The position numbers and the translations under genes are program-made. Positions 13,201 to 25,370 of a DNA stretch of 64,000 bases are shown here, piece after piece; positions within the stretch are counted from its first letter, which is position 1, and each line of letters starts with the position of its first letter. This DNA is from Phaeosaccion multiseriatum (lineage: Eukaryota; Protista; Ochrophyta, other classes): contig OZ218961.1 of assembly GCA_965112735.1 (NCBI GenBank), forward strand, positions 1,302,001 through 1,366,000, written 5' to 3'. Under the pieces are notes generated by a model. It made no database searches. It had not been told where the DNA came from and saw nothing but the letters and a program-made list of their open reading frames with translations.

Positions 13201-14043
13201 TGTATATGCCTCTATCCAATATGCCTCTATCCAAAGGTGGTACTTTCGAGCAACCTCTCTCTCCGCAACGACACGAGCGAGAACATCACAGCCACCCTGG
13301 GCCCCAGCAGCAGCACCAGTCATATGGGCAGTCCTGACACCAGTCAGACGCAGATACAGAGTGTGATGGGGCCGGGGGAGGAGCGTTACATATCTGTTCC
13401 TGTCATTATGCTCGCTCGGCTCCAAGTGCAAGGGCCCAGCACCTTCTGCCTCCCTTCGTCATCCGCTTCCCCTTCATCGCCATCTGTGAGCAACAACAAC
13501 AACAACTTCAACTACAACATGAACAGTCACACCAAGGCGTTGTTGCCTCTGCGGCTGGACCATCCCTCCCTGTTCGACCCCTCTGCCAAGCCGAGTGAGA
13601 GAGTCACAGAGCACATGCGGCAGAACTGCGTCACCGTTGACTACACGGAGAGAGAGGAGATGGCACTTCACGGGAGCAGTCCTATAGGCAGTCATATGGG
13701 CAGCACCAGTTGTAGGAGTGGTAGTAGGGCGGATGACGAAGTGATGTGGTGTCTTATCGTGCAAGCGCCGTACATTCTCCACAACAACTTGCCTTGTGTG
13801 CTCGAGGTGAGAGTGTCACAGCGGGACAGGAGGAGGAGGGATGGCAGTGCATGGAGGTGGGGGAGGAGGGACGCCGGATCGAGGTACAAGGGAAGCGACT
13901 TGGTGGATGTGGGTGGGGTTGGGAGGCCTTTTCTCCTTCATCAGAGCGGAGGGCGAGGAGGGCTGGGCAATGTTGACGGAGGGGAGGAAGGTGATGGCAC
14001 CAGCGACGATGAGGAGGAGGGTGACGACGACGACGACGACGAC

Positions 14044-14097
<54 letters not shown>

Positions 14098-14514
14098 GAT
14101 GGTGATGAGGACGACGGAGATGATAGCGATGAGGCGGAGGAGGAGGCTGTGATCATCGACAAGTACAGTGATCTTCGGCTTGCCATGACTGCCCAAGGAG
14201 GCACCGAGGATGGCATAGAGGAGAAAGCAGCAGCAGCAGCAGTTGGTGATACAGCAGCTGCTCCTCCTCCGGCGATTCGAGAGGGCAAGAGACAGCGCCT
14301 GAAGAGAGGACTGCGGGGAATGCGAGAGATTGTGCACATCGGCCACAGGAGGAAGTCCGGGGGGGGGGCTGAGGAGCTGTTGCATGGGTTAGGGGCAGCG
14401 CGGGGGGCAGCAGGGCGCCCCACACCGGCGGAAGGAGGAGGAGGAGGAGGAGGAGGAGGAGGAGGTTGGCGAAGCAGGCTTTTCGAGGGGCATCCGAGGA
14501 GTAGAACGGCCAAG

Positions 14515-14563
<49 letters not shown>

Positions 14564-14884
14564 GAAAGTCTCTGGGCCTCTGTCGCGAAGGGCACTGTCC
14601 GGCGGCGGCGGAGGATTTGGTGCTGCGCATGGAGGTGCGATGAGAGGGAAGGAGCACACTCACTCTCTCTCTAGCTCACATACACACACGTTCACACATA
14701 CACACATACACACATACACACACATCATACACACCTATATATACACACACGCGCGCACCCTCCCACACCCATATGCATGTATACTCACGCACCCACACGC
14801 ACCCACACCCACCCACACGCACCCGCACGCACCCACACTCACCCTCCCTCCTTCCGTTCTTACCGCCCCCTCTCCTCCTCTCCC

Positions 14885-14964
<80 letters not shown>

Positions 14965-15010
14965 GGTCTGTCTGTCTGTCGGTTTGTCTGTCTGCCTGTC
15001 TGTCTGTCTC

Positions 15011-15057
<47 letters not shown>

Positions 15058-18000
15058 GTCTGTCTGTCGGTTTGTCTGTCTGTCTGTCTGTCTGTCTCTC
15101 TGTGTGTCTGTCTGTCTGCCTGTGTGTCTGTCTGTCTCTCTGCCTGCCTGCCTGCCGGCCTGCCTGCCTGCCTGTCTACTCTACCTGTCTCAGGCCGGAG
15201 ACGAGGTGAAACTGTCCCGTCTCGACCTCTCCAAGCCCCTGCGTGTGTGCGTGCGCTTCCGCCGCTCGGAGGAGGCCTCAAAGTGTCACTCTCCCTCTCA
15301 ACCGTGGAGCGAGTGGAGCCAGTCTTTCGTCGTGGCGGCGGGTAGGCACATGGACCGCAGGGCTATCAGAGGCATGCCATCGAGAAAAATCGGCTTCGGT
15401 GCGTTGTGTGGCTGATGGCAGTAGATGGAGCAGTAGATGGCAGTGTATGGGTGGGACTGCTTCCATCTCCTAGTTAGTCTGCTGTTGATTTTGTAACCAC
15501 GCTGACAGCGAGCCCTTCCCCTCTGCTCTCCTCCTCACTCTCCCCTCCCCTCTCAATCCCCTCCCCTCCCCCTGTCCTCTCCTCTCTCCCCCTCCCTTCC
15601 CCTCCTTCCTTCAGGCCCCTCCTCCGCCAACAGTAGCAACAGTTACATAGCGTACCCGCAATTCAAGATGGGGCTGGCCTGGCCGCGTTGGTCCTCCACT
15701 CGCCATTTGCACATGTACTGCAATACCTGGGTTCTCAACAAAAAACCGGGGTGGCTCTCTGCTACCGCGCCGCTGCTGCGGCCCCTGCCCATCCACTGCC
15801 ATCTTCCTCCTCTTCCTTCTCTGCCTCTGCCTCTACGTCTTCAGCGGCCTTTAAGTCACATCTGAAGGCAGCAGCAGCGATTGGGGGGGCGAGTGGGAGC
15901 GTTGTGGGGAGGGAACTGCGGCACGGTCGCACGCAGGGAGGAGGATAGGGAGGAGAGGGAGGAGGAGGAGGAGGAGGAGGGGTAGGAGGAGGAGGAGGAG
16001 GAGGAGGAGGAGGGGGAGGAGGAGGAGAGGGAGGATGGCACTGGATGGGGAGCCGTCGGCGCAGCGCGAGCTTTGGTAGTGCTGAAGGGGTACAAGAGGA
16101 TGGGGAGGAAGAAGAGCGCAAGATGAAGAGGGACATGAGGCATGGGCATGGGCAAGGACAAGGCGTGAAAGGAGGGATGATCATGCCCACGCTTACTTCC
16201 GACGGATTGGTGCGGAGCTTCTTTGGCAGAGAGGTAAGAGGAAAGGGAAGAGGCGGGAAGGAGGGGTGGGAGGAGAGGGAGAGAGCGAGAGACAACGAGA
16301 CAAGAAAGAATTCTTCCGTCCTTGCTTGAAGAGTCGCAGGTGTTTGGTTTTTGAGTTTTGAATTTGAGTGTGTGGGCCCCATCGCACCCACTCTTGCCCT
16401 CTATCGCGTCACACGACCCCGTAGGATGGTCCCTGATCGTCCCTGATGGTCTCTCTCTTTGTCTCTCCAGTGCCCGCCCTCCTTCTCGCCGGAGTCAAGA
16501 TGGAACGACCCCGACCAAGCTGCCGCTGTACCACCAACTGCTGCATCATCAACTGCTGTACCACCAACCGCTGCTGTTAGTGCATCTTCTGTTGTGCCCG
16601 TGCTACTACACACCACTGGTGCGTGTCTTGTTTCTGTCTGTTCGTTCCTGTCTCTCGCCCTGTCTTTTTTCTGTTTGTGCTTTTTTAGTCCGTCTCTGTC
16701 TCTCCATCTTTGTCTCTGTCTCTCCATCTTTGTCTCTGTCTCTCTTTCTCTGTCTCTCGTCCCAGTCTCTGTCTATGGTGTGCCTTACCTGCTCACTCAC
16801 TCACTCACTACTCACCCACCCACTCATTCAATCACTCACTCACCTCACTCATTCACTGACATACCCCCTCCCCCCCCAGGCAAGGCGCTGGAAGTGATGC
16901 CCTACGCCATGGCTGTGGACTTGTGCCCATCCACTGCCATCCTTTCCGCCTCGCAGCAGCTCTATCTCTCGGACATGCACACGCTCAGCGGGCACACCCC
17001 GCCAGTGCTGCGCTTCGTCGATCAGGTTGGGAGGGAGGGAGGGAGTACGGCGGTCCGGCGGTCACCGCGAAGGGATTTTGCGACTTTTAGCTATGCCAAC
17101 CGAGATCATCGTGGAAACCTCAAGGAGGCGAGCCGCATTAGCCGTATGCGAGGTGGTGAATGAGGTTGACTCCCTCCTCGCGTCCAGCGATGTCGCCGCC
17201 AACCGCTTCTTGTGCTGTTCTAGCCCTTGCCTTCTTCTTCCTGCTCTCTCTCCCGCCTGCGCGCTCTTGCTCTCGCCTTCACTCCCGCCCGCGTGTTGCC
17301 ATTCCTTCGCCCCAAGTGCTTTCGACTGCCCTTTGGTCTCCCGCCCCTCCCCCCTCCTTGCCCACTGTATGTGTATAATGTGGACGTGTGCGGGTCTGTG
17401 CATGCATTCACCTTGACATGTGTGTAAAGGTGTTCGTATGTGTGAATGTACGTGCGTATGTCACCATCTCATTTCCCTCCTTCTATACCTTCCTCCGTAC
17501 CACCAACCCATCCGGTGGAGTCCCCAGAAACGCTCAGCTTCTCCTCCGACGGAAAGCGTGCAAAGCGTGCTCGCGTCGTGTAGCCTACGTACTGAGTACG
17601 GGGCCTCCCATCCTGCCCTCGCGGACCTTGTGTCGCCAATGCCCTTCCCAGCAGGTATGTGTGTTGGTGATACAAGGGTTTGTACGCGTGTGTTGTATAC
17701 ACATGTATGTATATGTGTGTGCTTCCTGAGCGCTGTATTGTAGTGTGCTCGTTCCACACCACCACGTACACATTCATACAGACATTGGCCTCTCCCCAAG
17801 AGGCGAAGAACAGTTGATTGCAGGCTGTGGCACCCGTGACAAAAAAGTCTATGAAAGTAGTGCGTGGCTGTGCGAAGTGGTCGTGAGCTGTTGAGGCTCG
17901 TGGTCAGGGTGCTGCCCCTCAATGAGGCAAGCATCAATGCCATGCTGGCGAGCGGCAGGTGAGTGGGGTGGTGGGTGGAGGGAGGGTGATTCAGAGATGG

Positions 18001-18815
18001 AGGGAGAAAGGGGGAAGGAAAGAGAAGGAAGGGGTAGAGACGGACAAAGGGAGAGCGATGAAAGAGCGGGAGATTGCTTGGCTGGGAGAGTTGGAACACA
18101 GGTGGCTGGGGAGCTCGTCGCAGTGCTTTCTTATCGATCGACCAAGCCCTCTTCCGCCGTGTGCGTGGGTGTGTGCGTGCGTGCGTCCTACCGCGCGTCT
18201 GTTGCCTTCCCTCTGGCTGGCACCTGCACCCCTCCTTGCATTAGGCTCGTTTCCCCGCTGCTGTCCCCCCTGCCCGTGCAGTGGAGAGAAGCGAAGCCAG
18301 CCACTGCCCTGTGTCACAATGGGAAGCTTCTCTCTGTGGCCTCTCGAGGTGAGGTGAGGTCATGTGAGCGGTGAGGTGAGGTGAGGTGAGGAAAGGTGGG
18401 GTGGTGGGGTGGAGTGAGGTGAGAGAGGTGAGGTGAGCGGTGACGTGAGGTGAGGTGAGCGGTGAGGTGAAGTGGGGTGAGGTGAGGTGAGGTGAGGTGA
18501 GAGGGGAGGTGAGGTGAGGAGAGCGGTGAGGTGAGGTGAGAGGTGGGGTGAGGTAGCGTGGGATGAGAGATGGGGTGATAGGTGAGGTGAGCGGTGAGGT
18601 GAGGTGAGAGGTTGGGCGGGGTGAGGTGATGTCAGGTGAGGTGGGGTGAGAGATGAGGTGAGGTGAGGTGAGGTGAGGTGGCTGAGGTGAGAGGTCAGCG
18701 GTGGGCGGATGCAATGTGAGACGTGCGGTGTGGTGAGGTGAGGGAGTGAGGTGAGGTCAGGTGAGGTGAGTGGAGTTGAGTGAGAGGTGAGGTGAAGTGT
18801 GAGGTGAGGCGAGGT

Positions 18816-18854
<39 letters not shown>

Positions 18855-20500
18855 AGGTGAGAGTGGAGGTGAGGTGAGAGGTGAGGTGAGAGTGGAGGTG
18901 AGGTGAGAGGTGAGGTGAGAGTGCAGGTGAGGGGTGAGGTGAGAGGTGAGGTGAGAGGTGAGGTGAGAGGTGAGGTGAGAGTGCAGGTGAGGGGTGAGGT
19001 GAGAGGTGAGGTGAGAGTGGAGGTGAGAGGTGAGGTGAGCGTGGAGGTGAGGTGAGAGGTGAGGTGAGAGATGAGGTGAGAGGTGAGGTGAGAGTGGAGG
19101 TGAGGTGAGATGAGAGTGGAGGTGAGAGGTGAGGTGAGAGTGGAGGTGAGGTGAGAGTGGAGGTGAGAGGTGAGGTGAGAGGTGACGTGAGAGGTGAGGT
19201 GAGAGGTGAGGTGAGGTGAGAGTGGAGGTGAGGTGAGAGTGGAGGTGAGGTGAAGTGAGAGGTGAGAGTGGAGGTGAGGTGAGGTGAGAGTGGAGGTGAG
19301 GTGAGGTGAGAGTGGAGGTGAGGTGAGAGGCGAGGTGAGAGGTGAGGTGAGAGGTGAGGTGAGAGGTGAGGTGAGGTGAGAGTTGAGGTGAGAGGTGAGG
19401 TGAGGTGAGGTGAGATGAGAGTGGAGGTGAGAGGTGAGGTGAGGTGAGAGTGGAGGTGAGGTGAGAGGTGAGGTGAGGTGAGATGAGAGTGGAGGTGAGA
19501 GGTGAGGTGAGGTGAGAGTGAAGGTGAGATGAGAGTGGAGGTGAGGTGAGAGTGGAGGTGAGGTGAGATGACAGTGGAGGTGAGAGGTGAGGTGAGGTGA
19601 GAGTGGAGGTGGGGTGAGGTGAGGTGGGTTGGAGTGGGGTAGAGGGGGGATGAGGTGAGGAGAGGTGAGAGGTGAGGTGAGAGGTGGGTGAGGTGGGGTG
19701 AGAGTGGAGGTGAAAGGTGAGGTGAGGTGACGTGGGATGGGGTGGTGTGAGGTGAGAGGTGGCGTGAGGTGTGGTGAGGTGAGGTGGGGTGAGCTGAGAT
19801 GAGGTGAAACGTGCGGTAAGGTGGGGTGAGAGGTGAGATGAGAGGTGACAGGTGAGGTGAGGTGAGGTGAGGTGAGAGTGGAGGTGAGGTGAGGTGAGAG
19901 TGGAGATGAGGTGAGGTGAGAGTGGAGGTGAGGTGAGGGGTGAGGTGAGAGTGGGGGTGAGGTGAGAGGTGAGGTGGGGTAGGGTGGGGTGAGAGGTGAG
20001 GTCAGAGGTGGGATGGGGTAGTGTGAGGTGAGGTGAGGTGAGGCGAGGTGTGAGGTGAGGTGAGGCGAGGTGTGAGGTGAGGTGGTTGGGGTGGGGTAGA
20101 TGAGGTGAGGTCGGGGTGGGGTGGGGTGAGGTGGGGTGAGAGGTGGGGTGAGGTACGGCGAAACGTGCGGTGAGATGGGCTGAGAGGTGAGGTGAGATAA
20201 GGTGGGATAGGGTAGTACGAGGTGAGGTGAGGTGAGAGGTGAGGTGAGAGGTGAGGTGAGAGGTGAGGTGAGGTGAGAGGTTAGGTGGGGTGGGGCGACT
20301 ACAAATGGTGGACCACGTCCTGACACTGTATACACACATACACTCACATGCCTCCGCCTCCACAGGTGACCACCTTCCTGCAGAATGACCTTCCTTACGC
20401 GAGTTGGGGGAGTGGTGCATGCCGACTTGGAGCTTCCGGACAGGGTCAGACCTTCCCCTCAGGGAGCACACCACGAAGCTCGTCACGGAGCTCCAGCAGG
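6927..20500 (+). CDS. VPS13: Multi-exon VPS13-like protein (region before and including the VAB/SHR-BD repeats); partial or atypical, ends uncertain
   Basis: GT-AG exons include 7331-7392, ~7649-8013, 8214-8504, 8633-8923, 9592-9776, 11655-13000, 13237-14634, 15194-, 15615-, 16880-, 20366-. VPS13-like motifs: AKYFNH...[56 protein letters not shown]...[30 protein letters not shown]. No chorein N-terminus or VPS13_C seen. Confidence 0.65.
8950..9430. repeat. ~31-bp CT-rich intronic minisatellite (ctctctccctctctctctatgttgctctctt)n
   Basis: About 15 tandem copies inside a VPS13-like intron. Confidence 0.9.
10290..10462. repeat. Heptamer repeat (TATAGGG/TATGGGG)n, intronic
   Basis: Direct inspection; degenerate. 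Confidence 0.8.
14884..15175. repeat. (CTGT)n/(CCTG)n microsatellite, intronic
   Basis: Direct inspection. Confidence 0.95.
18345..20290. repeat. ~1.9-kb (GAGGT)n-based satellite with GTGAGAG/GTGGAG variants
   Basis: Direct inspection; lies upstream of the acceptor at 20364-20365. Confidence 0.95.
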
Positions 20501-20519
20501 GAGGCTACGACTGGACCCC

Positions 20520-20695
20520 TACTCCACTGCCACTACTACTGCAACCACTACTACTGCTACTACTACTACTACTGCTACTGCTACTACTACTACTACTACT
20601 ACTACTACTGCTACTTCTACTACTACTACTGCTACTACCACTACTACTACTACTACTCCTACTACTCCTACTGCTACTACTGCTGCTGCTACTCC
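20520..20695. repeat. (CTA)n microsatellite
   Basis: Direct inspection. Confidence 0.95.
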
Positions 20696-20880
20696 CGTCG
20701 GACCACCATTGCTGGTGCGGTAGTAGTCGGGACGCGAGCGCAGTCAGACAGATGGTAAATGTGGATAGAAGAGGAGGACTCGGAAGGGGGACAAGTTGAA
20801 TGTATTAATCGTCTGAAACTTCGCCCTTTCCGTGTACCCGAACTCATCCCTCGGGTCGGTCACCTTCTTGCGGGAGAGCC

Positions 20881-21325
20881 TGAGCTGGACGCCCTCCGTG
20901 GCGATGTTGAGCGACGGCCTTGGTCAGGTTGACGACATCCTCTATGTTCGTCCACTGCAGCCTGCAGCAGGGGTCCAGGACCCGCCCGTCCTTGGCCTTG
21001 AGAATCCCCTTGCGGACGTAGATACACTCCTCTGCTCTCCTCCTGTTGAGGGACTTGCCTGTGAGCTTGGGCACCGCCCACAAGAGAAGCCGACGCTCGA
21101 CTTCTGGCGTCGGCTTCTCTTGTGGGCGGTGCCCAAGCTCACAGGCAAGCCCCTCAACAGGAGGACAGCCGACGAGTGTATCTACGTCCGCAAGAAGCTT
21201 CTCAAGGCCAAGGACGGGCGGGTCCTGGACCCCTGCTGCAGGCTGCAGTGGACGAACATAGAGGATGTCGTCAACCTGACTAAACAGGCCGTCGCTCAAC
21301 ATCGCCACGGAGGGCGTCCAGCTCA
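20881..21325. repeat. Long fold-back 1: 216/219-bp arms, 10-nt loop (candidate hairpin RNA)
   Basis: 20881-21096 pairs with 21107-21325 with about 8 substitutions and one 3-nt indel. ORFs on both strands encode near-identical peptides. Confidence 0.95.
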
Positions 21326-22561
21326 CCCCGATCGGTGGAGAAGAGCGCGTGAACGGCCCGCCGTCGGCCATTCTGCCTCCTCCTGCGCTTGCCCTTGTTG
21401 CCCTTCTTGAGACTGCCGATGCGCGACCGTTTCCTGTGGTTCACGCACACAGACATTGGTGGTGGGGGGGAAGGGCGAGGAGGAGCAAGGCTGTCAGCGA
21501 GTTTGTTATCGACAGGAGGTACGAGCCAAGCGCTGGCTGGGGAGCTGGGCAACAATCACCCCATCCCTGTTTGTGTTGTTCTACCACATACCATCATCGA
21601 TCATGCCGGAGAAGAAAGTAACGGCGGATTTGGCAAAGTCCGTCTGCGCTGCCTCCTCATCCTCGAGAGTTGGGGCGTCGGACATGGTGTAGCAGAAGAG
21701 CATCCTCCGGACGTGACTGAACCGGTCGGAGACCTTGCTGGAACCGTTGCCAGCGAGGATGCCAAGGATGATGGCCCACAGCTGCACAGTGGGTGGGTGG
21801 AGAGAGAGCGTGGCATGAGGGGGGGGAGGGGCGAGGGCAGCGGCGAGCGGGCCAGCCATGTACTCACGTGGGGGTGGCGTAGGGAGACGACGTAGATGAA
21901 GACCTCGCTCTTTGCTGTGTATGCTGCTGCCGCTGTACCTTCTTCCCACCGCGGCGCTTGCCTCCGACGATACGGAGATCGTCTCGCATGATGCGCATGA
22001 CCCCACGCTCGCTCTCTCCCGCCTTCAATCCCAGCTGAGCCTGGTCGGGACTGATGTAACTACCATCTGCCGCGAGGAGGCCCATGAGGGAGAGGAGCTC
22101 GCTCGCGGCGGAGTTCCCTTTTGCTGCCCAAGGAGTGAAGGGGCGATGGGCGGCGAGGGTCCGTTGGTGGGAACACCTTGCCCACTCTGGCCTCGAGCAC
22201 CATTGACAGCACAAACGAGCTGCTCACAGAAGTGGCCCGCTTGTAGAGCGATGCGGCACAAGTGAAGCTTGAAGTTCTGGAGGCTCAGGTTGGGAAGGAA
22301 GACGGGTCAGCCAGGCAGCTGAGGGATGTTGCATAGCTACTCGAACACACACACAGCCACAGCTAGCTAGTACTCACCAAAGGAGGTCCATGAAGACCAT
22401 ATACTGGCTGGTCATAGGTCTTGTTGGTCCCCCGTGCCTTTCTTCCGTCCTTGGCGTCCTTCTCCTGCTCATCCCCCGTATCGCCGTCGCCATCCTCGTC
22501 GGCGACTTGATGCTGGCTAATCTGCTCGAAGCGTGTCTCCACTTCGCCACAGAAGAAGAGC

Positions 22562-23576
22562 TGTCCTTGCCCCCCCCCACTCATTTGCTGTTCATAGCAA
22601 GGCGCTGGTGGTGCCCCGATTTAACGCCTAGGCATCTCTTGCTGACTCTCCCCCGCCCTCCTTCAGCAGACTTCTCCAGACTTCTCCAGCACGCACAAGC
22701 AGCATATTCATTACGAAGAACAACAGGACGGGCGGCGAGGCTTCTCGGTGCACCATCCAGTATGCGAGGGGCAAGACCAGGGCCATCCCGGAGACGAAGC
22801 AGCATTCCCCCTCCTCCTCCTCGAGCGAGACGTCTTGTTGGGCCACCGTCTGTGCCAACCGTCTTCTTGGGCCAGCCAAGGCTGCCGCGGTGAACCCCGC
22901 CAAGAAGGCGTCCACCGAAGCCAACGCCCGCGAGAGGAGCAACAGCAACAAAACCCCCGTGCGTGCGTGCCGGGTTCCAAAATAAGGGAAACCAATGTTA
23001 CATGGGAACCGCCCTTCAGTCTACAAAAACAAGGGTACACAACAAGAAAGAGGGATTGCGTGAGAGCGAGGCGAGCGGGCAATTACGCTTCGTGCCTTCA
23101 CACACGTACAGATTGGAGGGCGGTTCCCATGTAGCATTGATTGCCCTTGTTTTGGAACCCGGCACGCGCGGGGGTTTTGTTGCTGTTGCTCCTCTCGCGG
23201 GCGTTGGCTTCGGTGGACGCCTTCTTGGCGGGGTTCACCGCGGCATCCTTGGCTGGCCCAAGAAGACCGTTGGCACAGACGGTGGCCCAAGAAGACTGGC
23301 CGCCGGAGCGGGCGAGGACTGGGAGGAGGGGTGATGCTCCTCCGTCTCCGGGATGGCCCGAGTCTTGCCCCGCGCACGCTTGACGGTGCGCCAAGCGCTT
23401 GTGCTGCTGTTGTTCTTCGGAATGAACATGCTGCTTGTGCGTGCTGGAGAAGTCTGGAGAAGTCTGCCGAAGGAGGGCGGGGGAGAGTCAGCAAGAGATG
23501 CCTAGGCGTTAAATGGGGGCATTACCAGCGCCTTGCTACGCACGAACAGCAGCGAATGGGGGGGGGGGCAAGGACA
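22562..23576. repeat. Long fold-back 2: ~460-bp arms whose loop is an 89-nt GT-AG intron (candidate intron-spliced hairpin RNA)
   Basis: 22562-23020 is a diverged inverted copy of 23110-23576. Loop 23021-23109 on minus reads GTACGT...ctcac...ttcttgttgtgtacccttgtttttgTAG. Confidence 0.92.
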
Positions 23577-25370
23577 TGGGTTCCGATAACTACCGCGGCA
23601 GTGTTAGTGTTAGTGTTAGTGCAGCGTTAGTGTTTGACGCACCTGTGTTGTCTCTGCTTCCGCGCGATGAGTGGCTGCGGAGCAACATATCCACGCGAAC
23701 CAAAGGGGTCACAGATTGCGCATCCGCGGAGGCCTCTGTACCATTTGGGGCGGAGAACCAATCGACTTCGCTGCTGGAGTTTTTTTTTTTTTTGAAAACG
23801 TTTTGCTTCTTACAACGGCCGCAATGCCTCTCTTTCAAGCCCACCAAGGCTTTTCTGTGTTGGGGATTGGCGGGGGGGCTCCCATCTGCGTCGCAGTCGC
23901 CCACGCTGTGCTGAAAGGCCAAGTCGAGAGGCTAGCACTGGCGCTTGGCTTGCCATTGCTCACGGAACACGACGTTGCTTCAGACAGACAAGGGCTTCGC
24001 ATCGTGGTCTGGGAGAAGCCCTTCGGTAAGGACAGAGAGGATTTGCACGCCGTCACGAGTCTCCCGAACGTCTGGGTCATTAGCCCTCGGTGCTTCTTGC
24101 ATGCTTGCAAAGAGGCGATCGCGAGAGATGACTACCATTCTCTAAGGATTGGAAGAGGAGGGAATCACCACCGCGTGGCCTTCGTGGAGAAAAGCGACAA
24201 CGCCGCCTACAGCCCCCGCCCAACGAAGACTTGATGGACGTTTCCTCGGACCAAGAGGACGACGAGGAGCTTCTGCCGCGCTTGGAGGAAACAAGCATTG
24301 CGAAGCGTGAGAGAATCGGAGGCACACAAGTAGTACGAGAGCAAGCGTTACGACCGATATGCGGGAGCGGAGGAGGGCGGGGAGCATTCCCATCGACGAT
24401 TCGTTCCCTTGTTCTTCGCCCCTCCGCTGCACAGCCAGGGGCTTTGCCTCGCGGGCCTGCTTCAAGCAAAGGAGGATTGGCTCGCTTCAGGAGCTGCACC
24501 TCCTATCATAGGACTAGTATTCAATGTCATGACCGTTCCTTCCATCCATCACGCCTTTCCGCCGCTCTACGCTCGCTCCGGCCCTGGCTGCTCCTCCGCC
24601 GCGGCATGTAGGCACGTCACGGCTCCTCGCGTCGCTCAGCGCATGGAGTGCTCTAGTCCTGTCTCATGGTCCGCCAATCAAGGGCGTTCAATATTGAAGC
24701 AAGACACGGAGGAGGGAAACATGCCATGTAGTATACAAGAAGAGCGTGGTAGGGGAGGTTCTCCCGTAACTGCGTCAAGCAAAGCTGTGAGATTCAGAGG
24801 CGCGGTAGTAGTTCTTGTGGAGCCAATGTTTTAAGACAGCCACTGCAGGGCCATCAACGCGGCCCACGGCCCACGCACAGCAAAAAAAGCGGACGTTACG
24901 TACATATTTACATAAGTTTGCATAAGGAACTGGTGGAGCTGCTGAGCGAAATAAGCAATGACCTGTAGCCGCTTGCTGCACCGGATTCCGCTGCTTGACC
25001 TGAAGAGGCATCATCCCATCCTACGGGCACTGGCACGCCGCCATCTTCCGAAAGTACATTGTCGTTCGCCCCGACTAGGAGCCACACCATCGAGCTGACC
25101 CTTGTGCTCTGCTGCGCTACAGCACGTCTCTCCTCCGTGCTGGAGCAGTGCCGGGACTCAGGCAGGTTGTTGCCCACCCGTAATCTCTGCGCTGCAGCCC
25201 GTGCCGTCCTCCGTGCTCGAGCTATCGTGCGAAGCGTGGGCTGCTGGGGACTCGTGACCTCTGCGGCCGCTACCAAACAGCACGTGACGTCCTCGCTGCC
25301 ACAACAGCTGTACCGGAACTAAGGTTGCTGATCCTTGTTCTCTCCGCTACAGCATGTGCGGCCCTCCGTC

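Larger units (their letters stand above)
20844..24400 (-). pseudogene. Decayed spliced ubiquitin-specific protease (USP, peptidase C19) gene interrupted by two inverted duplications
   Basis: Cys box GFQNKGNQCYMGTALQS (exon ends 23110) joins in phase 0 to LFFCGEVETRF (exon 22560-22378). Canonical minus-strand introns at 23590-23642, 23021-23109, 22277-22377 and 21782-21867. Multiple stops and frameshifts. Outer limits approximate. Confidence 0.7.

Noticed and set aside
20881-23576. Fold-backs as amplification or assembly chimeras
   Set aside because: The arms carry substitutions, indels and a synonymous bias, whereas artefactual fold-backs would be essentially identical. Long-read confirmation is still advisable.
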